From Patescibacteria group bacterium (GTDB lineage Bacteria; Patescibacteriota; Patescibacteriia; Magasanikbacterales; JBBTQS01), in NCBI GenBank assembly GCA_038065555.1, contig JBBTQS010000001.1, positions 128,741 through 192,740 on the forward strand: a stretch of 64,000 bases of DNA, written 5' to 3'. The translations under genes and the position numbers were made by a program. Under the pieces are notes generated by a model. That model searched no databases. It was not told the DNA's origin and saw nothing but the letters and a program-made list of their open reading frames with translations. Of the stretch, positions 9,773 to 18,749 are shown piece after piece; the stretch's first letter is position 1, and each line of letters begins with the position of its first letter.

Positions 9773-10726
9773 ATGTCACGATTTAGTGCCGTAATGCAGC
9801 GTCGGATGTTCCGCCTCCTTGTGGTGGCTGGGTTTTCGATGCTTGCAGTGTTTGTGTGGTGGATGCAGGTGCAGCCAGATCCTGTTGCTGATGCTGGAGA
9901 TGAGATTCGGGTTGCTGCAACAATATTTCCGCTCTATGACGTTGCGCGAGTTGTGGGTGCAGGCGAGATTGACGTGCAGTTGATCGTGCCACCAGGCGCA
10001 AGTCCACACACGTTCACCTTCACACCTCAGGGCGTGCGAGCCATTCAGGGATCGCAGGTGATTTTTGCTGTCGGGCAGGGATTGGATACGTGGATCGCTG
10101 ATGTGCAAAGCTCGATTCCAGGTTCGCGTGTCGTGACAGTGGATCGCAATGTACAGTTGCGCCATATGGGAGAGGATTCCGAACATGAAGATGAACATGG
10201 TCATGGTGAATACGACCCGCACTATTATTTGTCACTCGTGCAGATGCAGGAAGTGACGCGAACCATTGCTGCAACATTCAAGGAGCTCAAGCCAGAGAGT
10301 AGTGCGCTCTTCGAGGCACGAGCTACCGCATACGTTGCAGAGCTCCAAGCACTCCACCGCGAGACCGCTGATACGCTCGCGCCACTCAAGGGTGCGAGTA
10401 TTATTACGTTACATGATGCCTGGGGGTATTATGCACATGAATACGACCTACACATCACCGGTACCTTCGAACCAGCAGCTGGTGAAGAGCCAACACCGCA
10501 GTATTTGTCGCGTCTGCGTGCTGCAATCAGACTGGATGGGGTGAAGGTGCTGTTTGGCGAACCACAATTGAGCGGAGCGGCACTCGAATCATTTGCGCGC
10601 GATACCAACGTAACGATCGCACAACTGGATCCAGAGGGCGGACTTCCTGGACGTGAGACGTACCTTGCGCAGATGCGGTATAATGCGCAGGCACTCGATC
10701 GCGCTCTTGCTCCGTATGTCCGCTAA
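9773..10726 (+). CDS. znuA: Zinc ABC transporter substrate-binding protein (ZnuA/TroA cluster 9 SBP).
   Basis: His/Asp/Glu-rich loop (DSEHEDEHGHGEYDPH), HDAWGYY motif, N-terminal signal/TM. Confidence 0.85.
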   Translation: MSRFSAVMQRRMFRLLVVAGFSMLAVFVWWMQVQPDPVADAGDEIRVAATIFPLYDVARVVGAGEIDVQLIVPPGASPHTFTFTPQGVRAIQGSQVIFAVGQGLDTWIADVQSSIPGSRVVTVDRNVQLRHMGEDSEHEDEHGHGEYDPHYYLSLVQMQEVTRTIAATFKELKPESSALFEARATAYVAELQALHRETADTLAPLKGASIITLHDAWGYYAHEYDLHITGTFEPAAGEEPTPQYLSRLRAAIRLDGVKVLFGEPQLSGAALESFARDTNVTIAQLDPEGGLPGRETYLAQMRYNAQALDRALAPYVR

Positions 10727-11435
10727 GTCCATCATCTCAACAACCGACCTTTCGTACACGCAGGAACATCGCGTGATTCTTGAATCTATCTCCGTTGCGA
10801 TTCCTGAAGGGAGTATGACCATGATTATTGGTCCAAATGGTGCGGGCAAGACTACACTTATTCGACTCATTCTTGGACTACTCACACCTACGTCAGGCAC
10901 GGTGTTGATTGCGGGGATGTCACCTGCGCAAGCGCGCAGCAAAGTCGGGTATGTGCCGCAACGATTTGCGGTCGATGCGACAATTCCTATAACTGTTTCA
11001 GAATTTTTGACACTCACGTACACAGCTACTGCTGTGGAAATCAAAGGAGCTCTTGCAGAAGTGGGACTTGCTGCGTCCATTGCCCGCGCACAATTAGCAA
11101 CGCTATCTGGCGGGCAGTTGCAGCGCGTGCTCATTGCACGAGCAATACTCGGTCGTCCGGAGATTCTCGTGCTTGATGAGCCGGTGAGCAATGTGGACGC
11201 AGGCGGTACACGTTCGATCTATGATCACCTGGAACATTTGCGAGATACACACAACATGACCATCATTGTTGTCTCACATGAAATGGATATTGTGAGTCGA
11301 TATGCGAGTTTTGTAGTGTGCGTGAATCGTTCCATTCTTTGTACAGGTACCGCACATGAGGTGCTCAAGTCCGAAGCAATGCACCATGTGTACGGTGAAG
11401 GTGCGAAGCATTTCCATCATCATGAGCACAGCTAG
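10716..11435 (+). CDS. znuC: Zinc ABC transporter ATP-binding protein.
   Basis: GPNGAGKTT Walker A, LSGGQLQRV signature, ILVLDEP Walker B. Overlaps the znuA stop by 11 nt. Confidence 0.85.
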   Translation: MSAKSIISTTDLSYTQEHRVILESISVAIPEGSMTMIIGPNGAGKTTLIRLILGLLTPTSGTVLIAGMSPAQARSKVGYVPQRFAVDATIPITVSEFLTLTYTATAVEIKGALAEVGLAASIARAQLATLSGGQLQRVLIARAILGRPEILVLDEPVSNVDAGGTRSIYDHLEHLRDTHNMTIIVVSHEMDIVSRYASFVVCVNRSILCTGTAHEVLKSEAMHHVYGEGAKHFHHHEHS

Positions 11436-12246
11436 TATGGAACTCTTTCTCGAACTTTTTACACTTCCATTCATGCAGCGCGCGCTCATTGCTGGTATTG
11501 CTACTGCAGTCCCGTTGGCGATGCTCGGTGTGTTTGTGACTGCCAAGGGCATCGCGTTCTTTGGTGATGGAATTGCGCATGCGTCGCTTGCGGGGATTGC
11601 ACTGGGCCTCTTGATTGGCGTCAGTCCATTGTGGTGCGCGCTTGCTGTTGCGGTTGTCTTTGCATTGGCACTTGCGCTGCTTGAAGAGAAGAGTCGACTC
11701 AAGAGTGATACAACGCTTGCGCTCCTTTTCACCGTTGGATTTGCCGTTGCTATTGTGCTGCTTTCGATGGATCAGGGATTCCAGCCGGACATCATGAGCT
11801 ATCTCTTTGGAAATATTTTGACCATTAGCAGCGCGGATTTGTTATTCATTGTGCCATTTGCTGGTGTGTGTGCATTGATTTTGCTTGCACTGCAGCGTCG
11901 CATGATGCTCCTGGTGTTGAATCGCGAAATGGCGTGGCTCGCTGGTATTCCAGTTGCAGCAACACATGCGCTGCTCTATACACTTCTTGCCATCACTGTT
12001 GTTGTTGCAGTGAAGTTGCTCGGTGTGGTGCTCGTGAGCGCACTATTGGTAATTCCGGTGGTTGCGGCGCGCCAGTGGGCACGATCGTTGCAGTCACTGT
12101 TTGCGTGGAGCGTCGTCTTCGCCGAACTGGCCGTCATTGGTGGTTTGATTGCCTCGTACATGCTTGATCTTCCATCAGGGGCTACGATTGTGCTCACGGG
12201 AGCTCTGCTTGCTGGCATTGCGTTTGTTCTCCGATTGCGACCATAG
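11422..12246 (+). CDS. znuB: Zinc ABC transporter permease.
   Basis: Polytopic membrane protein of the ABC-3 family. Overlaps the znuC end. Confidence 0.8.
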   Translation: MSTASMELFLELFTLPFMQRALIAGIATAVPLAMLGVFVTAKGIAFFGDGIAHASLAGIALGLLIGVSPLWCALAVAVVFALALALLEEKSRLKSDTTLALLFTVGFAVAIVLLSMDQGFQPDIMSYLFGNILTISSADLLFIVPFAGVCALILLALQRRMMLLVLNREMAWLAGIPVAATHALLYTLLAITVVVAVKLLGVVLVSALLVIPVVAARQWARSLQSLFAWSVVFAELAVIGGLIASYMLDLPSGATIVLTGALLAGIAFVLRLRP

Positions 12247-12247
12247 C

Positions 12248-13342
12248 ATGCAGTGGCAATTCTACACACGAACGGGGGATGCGTGGGATGCAATGCACGA
12301 GGCGCTCGCACAAGCGCGCGGTTCGATTTATCTGGAATCGTATATTTTTCTTGATGACGAAGTAGGTCGTGCGTTTGTTGATGTGCTGGTGAGTAAGGCG
12401 CAGCAGGGTGTTGATGTGCGGCTCATTCTCGACGGACTTGGGAGTTTTTGGTTCAGCGTGCAGTCTATTCAACGACTTCGTGCTGCTGGTGCTCGTGTGG
12501 TGTCATTTCAATCGCTCGCGTATCGACGATTTTTCAAGAGTCTTCGACGCCTCAACAATCGTAATCATCGCAAAATTCTCATTGTAGACAAGCGAGTCGG
12601 GTTCATCGGTGGAGTGAATGTACGCAAAGAATACCAGGACTGGCTCGACTTGCATGTGCGACTTGAAGGCGAGCATATTCTCGAGCCAATGGTTCGGTCA
12701 TTTGGCCAGACATGGATTATCGGTGGTGGTGAGCGACGTGGAGTGCGGCATTTGTTGCGAGGTTCGGGTGCGCGATGGCGACAGCGTGTACGCCATCTCC
12801 GGTACGTCTTCGACCATCCATACAAACGATTCCGCGAAAACAGCCAAGTACGCCACGAGTACATCGCAGCGTGCAAGCGCGCAAAGGAATCCATACTCAT
12901 TGCGACACCGTATTTCCTCCCTGACAAGAAATTGCTCGCGGCAATGGGTGCAGCTATTGCACGCGGAATTCAGATTCGTATTCTTGTTCCGGGGCGCATT
13001 GATGTTGCTATCTTGCAGCAAGCAATGGGCCGCGCAGTCAAACATATTCACGATCTTGGAGGATCAGTGTATTTGCTTCCTTCCATGATGCACGGCAAAG
13101 CACTCGTTGTGGACAACGATTATGGCATGATCGGGAGTAGTAACATTGATCCGCGCAGCTTCTTCTCCAACCACGAAGCCAATGTCACGTTCACGCAACG
13201 TGCCATGGTCGCAGACCTCGTACATATATTGAAAAAATGGCGACTGCTTGCCAGCGTATATCGTCCCAAGCATGATTTTCGCTCAAGTCCTCTTGAGTGG
13301 GTTCTTGGGCTGGTTGGACGACTACTTACGCCGCTGTTGTAG
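12248..13342 (+). CDS. cls: Cardiolipin synthase-like phospholipase D family protein (two HKD motifs).
   Basis: HRKILIVDKRVGFIGGVN and HGKALVVDNDYGMIGSSNID HKD motifs. Starts 1 nt after the znuB stop. Confidence 0.75.
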   Translation: MQWQFYTRTGDAWDAMHEALAQARGSIYLESYIFLDDEVGRAFVDVLVSKAQQGVDVRLILDGLGSFWFSVQSIQRLRAAGARVVSFQSLAYRRFFKSLRRLNNRNHRKILIVDKRVGFIGGVNVRKEYQDWLDLHVRLEGEHILEPMVRSFGQTWIIGGGERRGVRHLLRGSGARWRQRVRHLRYVFDHPYKRFRENSQVRHEYIAACKRAKESILIATPYFLPDKKLLAAMGAAIARGIQIRILVPGRIDVAILQQAMGRAVKHIHDLGGSVYLLPSMMHGKALVVDNDYGMIGSSNIDPRSFFSNHEANVTFTQRAMVADLVHILKKWRLLASVYRPKHDFRSSPLEWVLGLVGRLLTPLL

Positions 13343-13778
13343 TGAGTTCGATGGTGCGAGTTTCGCCCGTTCCTCGCAGTGTGAACCACCATTGGCGTGA
13401 GGCGCCACTCCATGCATCAGGAAATCGTTCTGGCCACTCGACGAGACTGATGGTGTTCGGTTCTCCCAGGTATGAATCTACGCCGATTTCAACAAGCTCC
13501 TCTGGACGTTCCATGCGATAGGTGTCCATATGCATGAGCGACTTCATGGTCGGGTGCGCAGTGGTGTACACATTCATGAGTGTGAATGTTGGTGAGGTGA
13601 TTGTTTCGTGCACGCCAAGTGCAGCAGCGATCGCCTTTGCGAGTGTGGTTTTGCCAGCGCCAAGATCTCCTGAGAGGAGAATCGCGTCACCTGCATCCAC
13701 CATGTCTACGATTTCGCGTGCAATGGTGTCGATTTCGGAGAGTGCAAACGTACGTGGTTGTGCCAGAGGTGTGGTCAT
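13326..13778 (-). CDS. tsaE: tRNA threonylcarbamoyladenosine biosynthesis protein TsaE.
   Basis: ILLSGDLGAGKTTLAKAIA P-loop typical of YjeE/TsaE. 150 aa. Converges on and overlaps the cls 3' end by 17 nt. Confidence 0.8.
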   Translation of the reverse strand: MTTPLAQPRTFALSEIDTIAREIVDMVDAGDAILLSGDLGAGKTTLAKAIAAALGVHETITSPTFTLMNVYTTAHPTMKSLMHMDTYRMERPEELVEIGVDSYLGEPNTISLVEWPERFPDAWSGASRQWWFTLRGTGETRTIELTTTAA

Positions 13779-14617
13779 ACAGTTGTGGTCTGTGTACGTG
13801 CAAGATGGACTACAGTGTGCAAAAGCATAGCAACGGTCATTGGACCGACGCCGCCAGGAACTGGGGTAATGAATCCAGCACGTGCTGCAGCATCAGGATG
13901 GACGTCACCTGCCACCTGTCCGTCGAGTTTGCTAATGCCAACATCAATAATACTTGCGCCCTGTTTGACTGCGTCAGCTGTGACACTGTGTGGAACACCA
14001 AGTGCTGTGACGAGCACGTCTGCGGTTGCACAAATTTCTTTCCACGAGTCGGTTGACTGCGTGATCCACTGTACGTGCAGTCCCATGCGAGTGAGTGAGG
14101 CGCCCAGTGGTCGCATGAATACATCACTTTTGCCCAAGATCACTGCCTGTTTGTCAGTCAGTGGATTTCCGGTTGCCTCGAGGAGCGCACGAATCGCATG
14201 GATGAGTACTGGCTCCACGTATGGCTGCGTGTCATGCATGAACCGTTCAATGTTGTCTGGGTGAAATCCGTCGACATCTTTGCGCGGATCAATCGAGCGA
14301 ATGACAATGTCTGTATCGAGTCCTGCAGGGAGAGGAAGTTGCACAAGAATTGCGTGCACGTCCATTCGAGCATTGAGTGAGCGAATGATTTCGCACAGTG
14401 ACTGCGTGTTGGTATTCTCAGCAACGACGATCTTCTCAAATGCAATTCCCACGCGGCTGCATCGCTGTTCCTTCATCCGCACATAGAGGCGTGACGCTGG
14501 ATTGTCTCCAACAAGGATCGCCGCAATGCGAGGCACAACCGAAAGAGCGCGAACTTCTTCGCGCAAATCCGTAAGGATCTTGTTGCCGATGCGTGTGCCG
14601 CTGAGAATGTGTGCCAT
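13775..14617 (-). CDS. folD: Bifunctional methylene-THF dehydrogenase/methenyl-THF cyclohydrolase FolD.
   Basis: Start chosen at MAHILSG (ATG 14615-14617), 1 nt after the glyA stop. NAD(P)-binding GxSxxxG and the conserved YxxxK/PGGVGP region. Confidence 0.85.
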   Translation of the reverse strand: MAHILSGTRIGNKILTDLREEVRALSVVPRIAAILVGDNPASRLYVRMKEQRCSRVGIAFEKIVVAENTNTQSLCEIIRSLNARMDVHAILVQLPLPAGLDTDIVIRSIDPRKDVDGFHPDNIERFMHDTQPYVEPVLIHAIRALLEATGNPLTDKQAVILGKSDVFMRPLGASLTRMGLHVQWITQSTDSWKEICATADVLVTALGVPHSVTADAVKQGASIIDVGISKLDGQVAGDVHPDAAARAGFITPVPGGVGPMTVAMLLHTVVHLARTQTTTV

Positions 14618-14618
14618 G

Positions 14619-15896
14619 CTAGAAATTGAGCGGGTAGCGTGCGCACAGTGCGCGCACTTCATCATGGATTGCTGCGAGCTTGCCGCTGTCAGCTCGGTTC
14701 TTGATTGCGTCGCTAATCCAGTGTGCGATTGTCTCCATTTCTGGCTCACGGAGTCCGCGTGTCGTAATTGCTGGTGTGCCCAGGCGAATACCTGATGGAT
14801 CAAATGGACTGCGTGTATCGAATGGAACAGTATTTTTGTTCACGGTGATACCAATAGCAGAGAGTGCATCAGATCCTTCTTTGCCACTAGTGTTCATTGC
14901 TGTGAGATCGGCGACCATCAAGTGATTATCCGTGCCTCCTGTAACGAGATTGAATCCTTGTGCAATGAGACCGCTGGCAAGTGCTTGCGCATTGCGAACG
15001 ATTTGCTTGCCGTATTCACGGAATTCTGGAGTTGCTGCTTCCTTGAGTGCAACGGCAATTGCCGCAGTCTGGTGATTGTGTGGACCGCCCTGCAATCCTG
15101 GGATAATTGCGCGGTCAATCAGTGTTGGCAAATTCTCACGCGTCTTCGCTGCTTTCTTGAGAGGTTCTGATGGATTGCCGTTGCACAAAATCATGGCACC
15201 ACGTGGTCCGCGCAATGTTTTGTGTGTTGTTGTCATCACCACGTCTGCGATTCCAATAGGGGATGGGTGTACTCCAGCAACAACAAGTCCGGCAATGTGC
15301 GAAATATCTGCAACTAACCATGCGCCAACCTTGTCTGCAATTGCGCGCAGGCGTGCCCAATCAATAATACGTGGGTACGCGGTTGCTCCTGACATGATGA
15401 GCTTGGGCTGTTCCTTGATCGCCAGTGCCTCCATCGCATCGTAGTCAATCACACCATCTGGTCGCGTGCGATATGTGACGCTCTTGTAGTAGATGCCGGA
15501 GAAATTCACTTTGAGTCCATGCGTCATGTGGCCACCAAATGCCAACTCGAGCCCCATTACCGTGTCACCAGGTTCGACAAGCGCAAAATAGATTGCGTGG
15601 TTGGCAGGAGATCCAGAGTACGGCTGCACATTAGCGTGCGTGCAACCGAAGAGCGCCTTCGCGCGTTCGCGTGCGATGTTCTCAATGACGTCAACATTCT
15701 CGCATCCACCGTAGTAGCGCATGCCAGGATAGCCTTCGGAGTATTTGTCGGTGAGTCGCGTGCCAAGAGCTTCGAGTACTGCAGACGATGTGTGGTTCTC
15801 ACTCGGAATCATTTCGAGTCCTTCTGCCTGTCGAGACGCTTCGCGCTCGATGAGGCCGGCGATCTCCGGGTCAAAGGTGGCCAATGATGTAGGCAT
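14619..15896 (-). CDS. glyA: Serine hydroxymethyltransferase.
   Basis: 425 aa with PLP-lysine region TTHKTLRGPRG and N-terminal SENxxS motif. Confidence 0.92.
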   Translation of the reverse strand: MPTSLATFDPEIAGLIEREASRQAEGLEMIPSENHTSSAVLEALGTRLTDKYSEGYPGMRYYGGCENVDVIENIARERAKALFGCTHANVQPYSGSPANHAIYFALVEPGDTVMGLELAFGGHMTHGLKVNFSGIYYKSVTYRTRPDGVIDYDAMEALAIKEQPKLIMSGATAYPRIIDWARLRAIADKVGAWLVADISHIAGLVVAGVHPSPIGIADVVMTTTHKTLRGPRGAMILCNGNPSEPLKKAAKTRENLPTLIDRAIIPGLQGGPHNHQTAAIAVALKEAATPEFREYGKQIVRNAQALASGLIAQGFNLVTGGTDNHLMVADLTAMNTSGKEGSDALSAIGITVNKNTVPFDTRSPFDPSGIRLGTPAITTRGLREPEMETIAHWISDAIKNRADSGKLAAIHDEVRALCARYPLNF

Positions 15897-16052
15897 GCGC
15901 GGTGTGGATTACAGAGTTAACAATATCACCACGATACCAAACCCCCGCTCAAAAACCAAGAAGCTGCTAGAACGGGGCGCACTGATGCAAAACAGCCTAT
16001 AGGTTGGTCCTGTTGTGATTCACTTTGTCAATAGATCGAGTTCTGCTAGAGT

Positions 16053-17459
16053 ATGAATATGAAACTTCCGACGTCTATCAGTTCGCTCACACGCGTCCAT
16101 TGCATTGGCATTGGCGGTATTGGTGTTTCGGCAGCTGCGAAGTATTTGCATGAGCTGGGAATTGTTGTCTCTGGATCAGATGCTTCAGACTCTGAAATCG
16201 TTGCCGAGGTGCGCAAGCTCGGTATTGCTGTCTTCATGGGTGAGGATGCAGAGAGCGTTCCAACTGACGCAAGTCTGGTGATCTATTCCCCAGCAGTGCA
16301 GCCAACACATGCAGAGCGAGTGCGAGCCAAGCAGCTCAACATCCCCGAGATGAGTTATCCAGAATTTCTCGCGTTGCTCTCGCAAAAGAAATATACCATT
16401 GCAGTCACGGGTACGCATGGCAAATCGACAACAACCGCGTTGATTGGAAGCATTCTCAAAAATGCAGGGTTTGATCCGACGGTCATTGTAGGATCGCGTT
16501 GTCCGATGTTCAGTCATGGCAATCTCAATTTCGGTTCAAGTAACATTCTTGTAGTTGAGGCATGTGAGTATCAGGGGAATATGCGGTTGCTGCATCCCAA
16601 CATTGCTGTGGTGACCAACATCGAATGGGATCATCCGGATTATTATAAGGATGCTGATGCGGTGTATCAGACGATGCAGCAATTTGTGAGTGGATTGCCA
16701 ACGGACGGCGTGCTCGTGAAGAACTATGATGACAAGCTCGTGCGCGGCAAATTACATTTTGGTGGCAAAACAGTAACGGTTGGTCTTGCAGAAGGCGCAA
16801 ATCTCGCTGCGACAGACATTCTCACGCACAGTGGCGCGTCATATTTCACAGTTGCGATTCCTGTGAAGTCCAAATTCACAGATCAGCGATTCAGTCTGCG
16901 CGTGCCTGGGCGATTCAATATTAGCAATGCGCTCTCAGCTATCGCTGTTGCGGCTGAGATGAACGTGCCACTCGAACGTATTCAATCAACGTTGGCAGAA
17001 TTCCGTGGGATTTGGCGACGATTCGAAGTGGTTGGTACTTGGCGTGGTGCAACAGTCATCTCAGACTATGCGCATCATCCAACCGCAGTGCGTGCGACAA
17101 TCCAGGCTGCACGCGAGTGGTATCCAGGTCAACGCATTGTCGCAGTATATCAGCCGCATCAGCATGCGCGGACAAAAGAATTATTCGCGGATTTTGTTGA
17201 TGCATTCCATGGCGCTGATCTGACACTCATGTCGGATATTTATGATGTGCAGGGACGTGAGGAAATACAGCACCAAGACATCACGTCTGCAACACTGGTT
17301 GCAGCAATACAAAAGAGCAATGCGCGTGACGCCGTGCACGCAACGGGGGATCTGCGACATACGCAGGCACGATTGCGTGAGGTGGCGCAAAAGGATGATG
17401 TGATTCTCATCATGGGTGCGGGAGACATCGACACACTCGCACGCAAACTTGTGAAATAG
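16053..17459 (+). CDS. murC: UDP-N-acetylmuramate--L-alanine ligase MurC.
   Basis: IGIGGIGVSAAA Rossmann N-terminus, GTHGKSTTT P-loop. Candidate promoter TTGTCA-17-TAGAGT at 16026-16054, divergent from glyA. Confidence 0.9.
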   Translation: MNMKLPTSISSLTRVHCIGIGGIGVSAAAKYLHELGIVVSGSDASDSEIVAEVRKLGIAVFMGEDAESVPTDASLVIYSPAVQPTHAERVRAKQLNIPEMSYPEFLALLSQKKYTIAVTGTHGKSTTTALIGSILKNAGFDPTVIVGSRCPMFSHGNLNFGSSNILVVEACEYQGNMRLLHPNIAVVTNIEWDHPDYYKDADAVYQTMQQFVSGLPTDGVLVKNYDDKLVRGKLHFGGKTVTVGLAEGANLAATDILTHSGASYFTVAIPVKSKFTDQRFSLRVPGRFNISNALSAIAVAAEMNVPLERIQSTLAEFRGIWRRFEVVGTWRGATVISDYAHHPTAVRATIQAAREWYPGQRIVAVYQPHQHARTKELFADFVDAFHGADLTLMSDIYDVQGREEIQHQDITSATLVAAIQKSNARDAVHATGDLRHTQARLREVAQKDDVILIMGAGDIDTLARKLVK

Positions 17460-17460
17460 T

Positions 17461-18369
17461 ATGCAAGACGCGATTACCAAACAACTTACGCCGCACGTGC
17501 AGGAAATTCGTCAGCATGTTTCGATGGCAAAGCTCACGAGCTTCAAAATCGGTGGACCTGCTCGATATCTGGTGACGGTCAACACGATTGAGTCGTTGCG
17601 ATTTGTGCTCGATGTTGCTGCGCGTGCTGGTCTCTCGACGATCATTCTGGGAGGTGGGAGCAATATGCTCGTGGCTGATATCGGATACACGGGAATTGTC
17701 ATTAGACTTGCGATGACACGAGTGACTATAGAAGGAAATCGCGTAACTGCTGAGGCGGGTGTGAAGACGGTTGCGCTCGCGCAGCAGACGGTGGCTGCTG
17801 GGCTCACTGGATTTGAGTGGGCAGTAGGCATTCCTGGGACAATCGGCGGAGCAGTACGAGGTAACGCAGGAGCCGTTGGTGGTGAAATGCGCGATAACGT
17901 CGTTACAGTCGAAGCTCTTGTTGATGGAGACATTGCCACATTTACAAATGCAGACTGCGAGTTTGACTACCGACACAGCGCGTTCAAGGAGAATGGCGGA
18001 ATTATTCTGTCCACAACACTCGAACTTGCCGCTGGCGACCCTGCCACTGGTGCGAAGAAGATGCATGACGCGCTTATGCACCGTATGACGACACAGCCAA
18101 AGGGGTTTGCGTCTACAGGGTGTATTTTCAAGAATATTGTGACGCCTGATGGGCAGCGGATCTCTGCGGGCAAGCTCATTGATGAGGCTGGGCTCAAGGG
18201 AACAGAGCTCGGTGGTGCGCGAGTCTCTGAGGCGCATGGGAATTTTGTCATCAACACGGGTGAGGCAACGGCAGAGGAAATTCGTGAATTGGTTGAGAGA
18301 ATCAAGGCGCAGGTGTATGCTACAAGTGGATACCAACTCCACGAAGAAATCCAATACGTGGGGTTCTAA
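17461..18369 (+). CDS. murB: UDP-N-acetylenolpyruvoylglucosamine reductase MurB.
   Basis: FAD-binding ILGGGSNMLV and GIPGTIGGAV motifs. Starts 2 nt after murC. Confidence 0.9.
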   Translation: MQDAITKQLTPHVQEIRQHVSMAKLTSFKIGGPARYLVTVNTIESLRFVLDVAARAGLSTIILGGGSNMLVADIGYTGIVIRLAMTRVTIEGNRVTAEAGVKTVALAQQTVAAGLTGFEWAVGIPGTIGGAVRGNAGAVGGEMRDNVVTVEALVDGDIATFTNADCEFDYRHSAFKENGGIILSTTLELAAGDPATGAKKMHDALMHRMTTQPKGFASTGCIFKNIVTPDGQRISAGKLIDEAGLKGTELGGARVSEAHGNFVINTGEATAEEIRELVERIKAQVYATSGYQLHEEIQYVGF

Positions 18370-18376
18370 TAACCGC

Positions 18377-18670
18377 ATGCATATGATTACTGTCACGTTG
18401 CAAGCTGTGCACATTACATTGACTGACGCGATTACAGACTACGCAACCACCAAGGTTCAAGCACTCAGCAGATTCACTCGCGACGAAGAGATTGATGCAC
18501 AAGTAACCGTCGGCAAAACATCCGAACATCATCAGAAGGGCCAAGTCTTCCTCTGTGAAGTCCATCTCAAGGGACCAGACACCAAAATCATGGCAAAAGA
18601 GGTAACGGAGGACCTCTATGCAGCGATTGACGCAGTTGTAGCAAAGCTCAAGCGACAACTCACAGCCTAA
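18377..18670 (+). CDS. hpf: Ribosome hibernation promoting factor (RaiA/HPF short form).
   Basis: 98 aa, MHMITVTLQAVHITLTDAITDYATTKV... with the S30AE-family fold pattern. Confidence 0.8.
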   Translation: MHMITVTLQAVHITLTDAITDYATTKVQALSRFTRDEEIDAQVTVGKTSEHHQKGQVFLCEVHLKGPDTKIMAKEVTEDLYAAIDAVVAKLKRQLTA

Positions 18671-18749
18671 TCTTGTTCTAGTGCAATGATCATGGTAGAG
18701 TAGCCCCGATCAGGGAAGGGCTGATTTGTGATAGTTTTTCTTGAATTCT

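Noticed and set aside
10589-11191. 200-aa minus-strand ORF.
   Set aside because: Antisense to znuC, which has Walker A/B and ABC signature in the plus frame.
17410-18414. 334-aa minus-strand ORF.
   Set aside because: Antisense to murB (FAD-binding motifs in the plus frame). Cys/Arg-rich junk translation.
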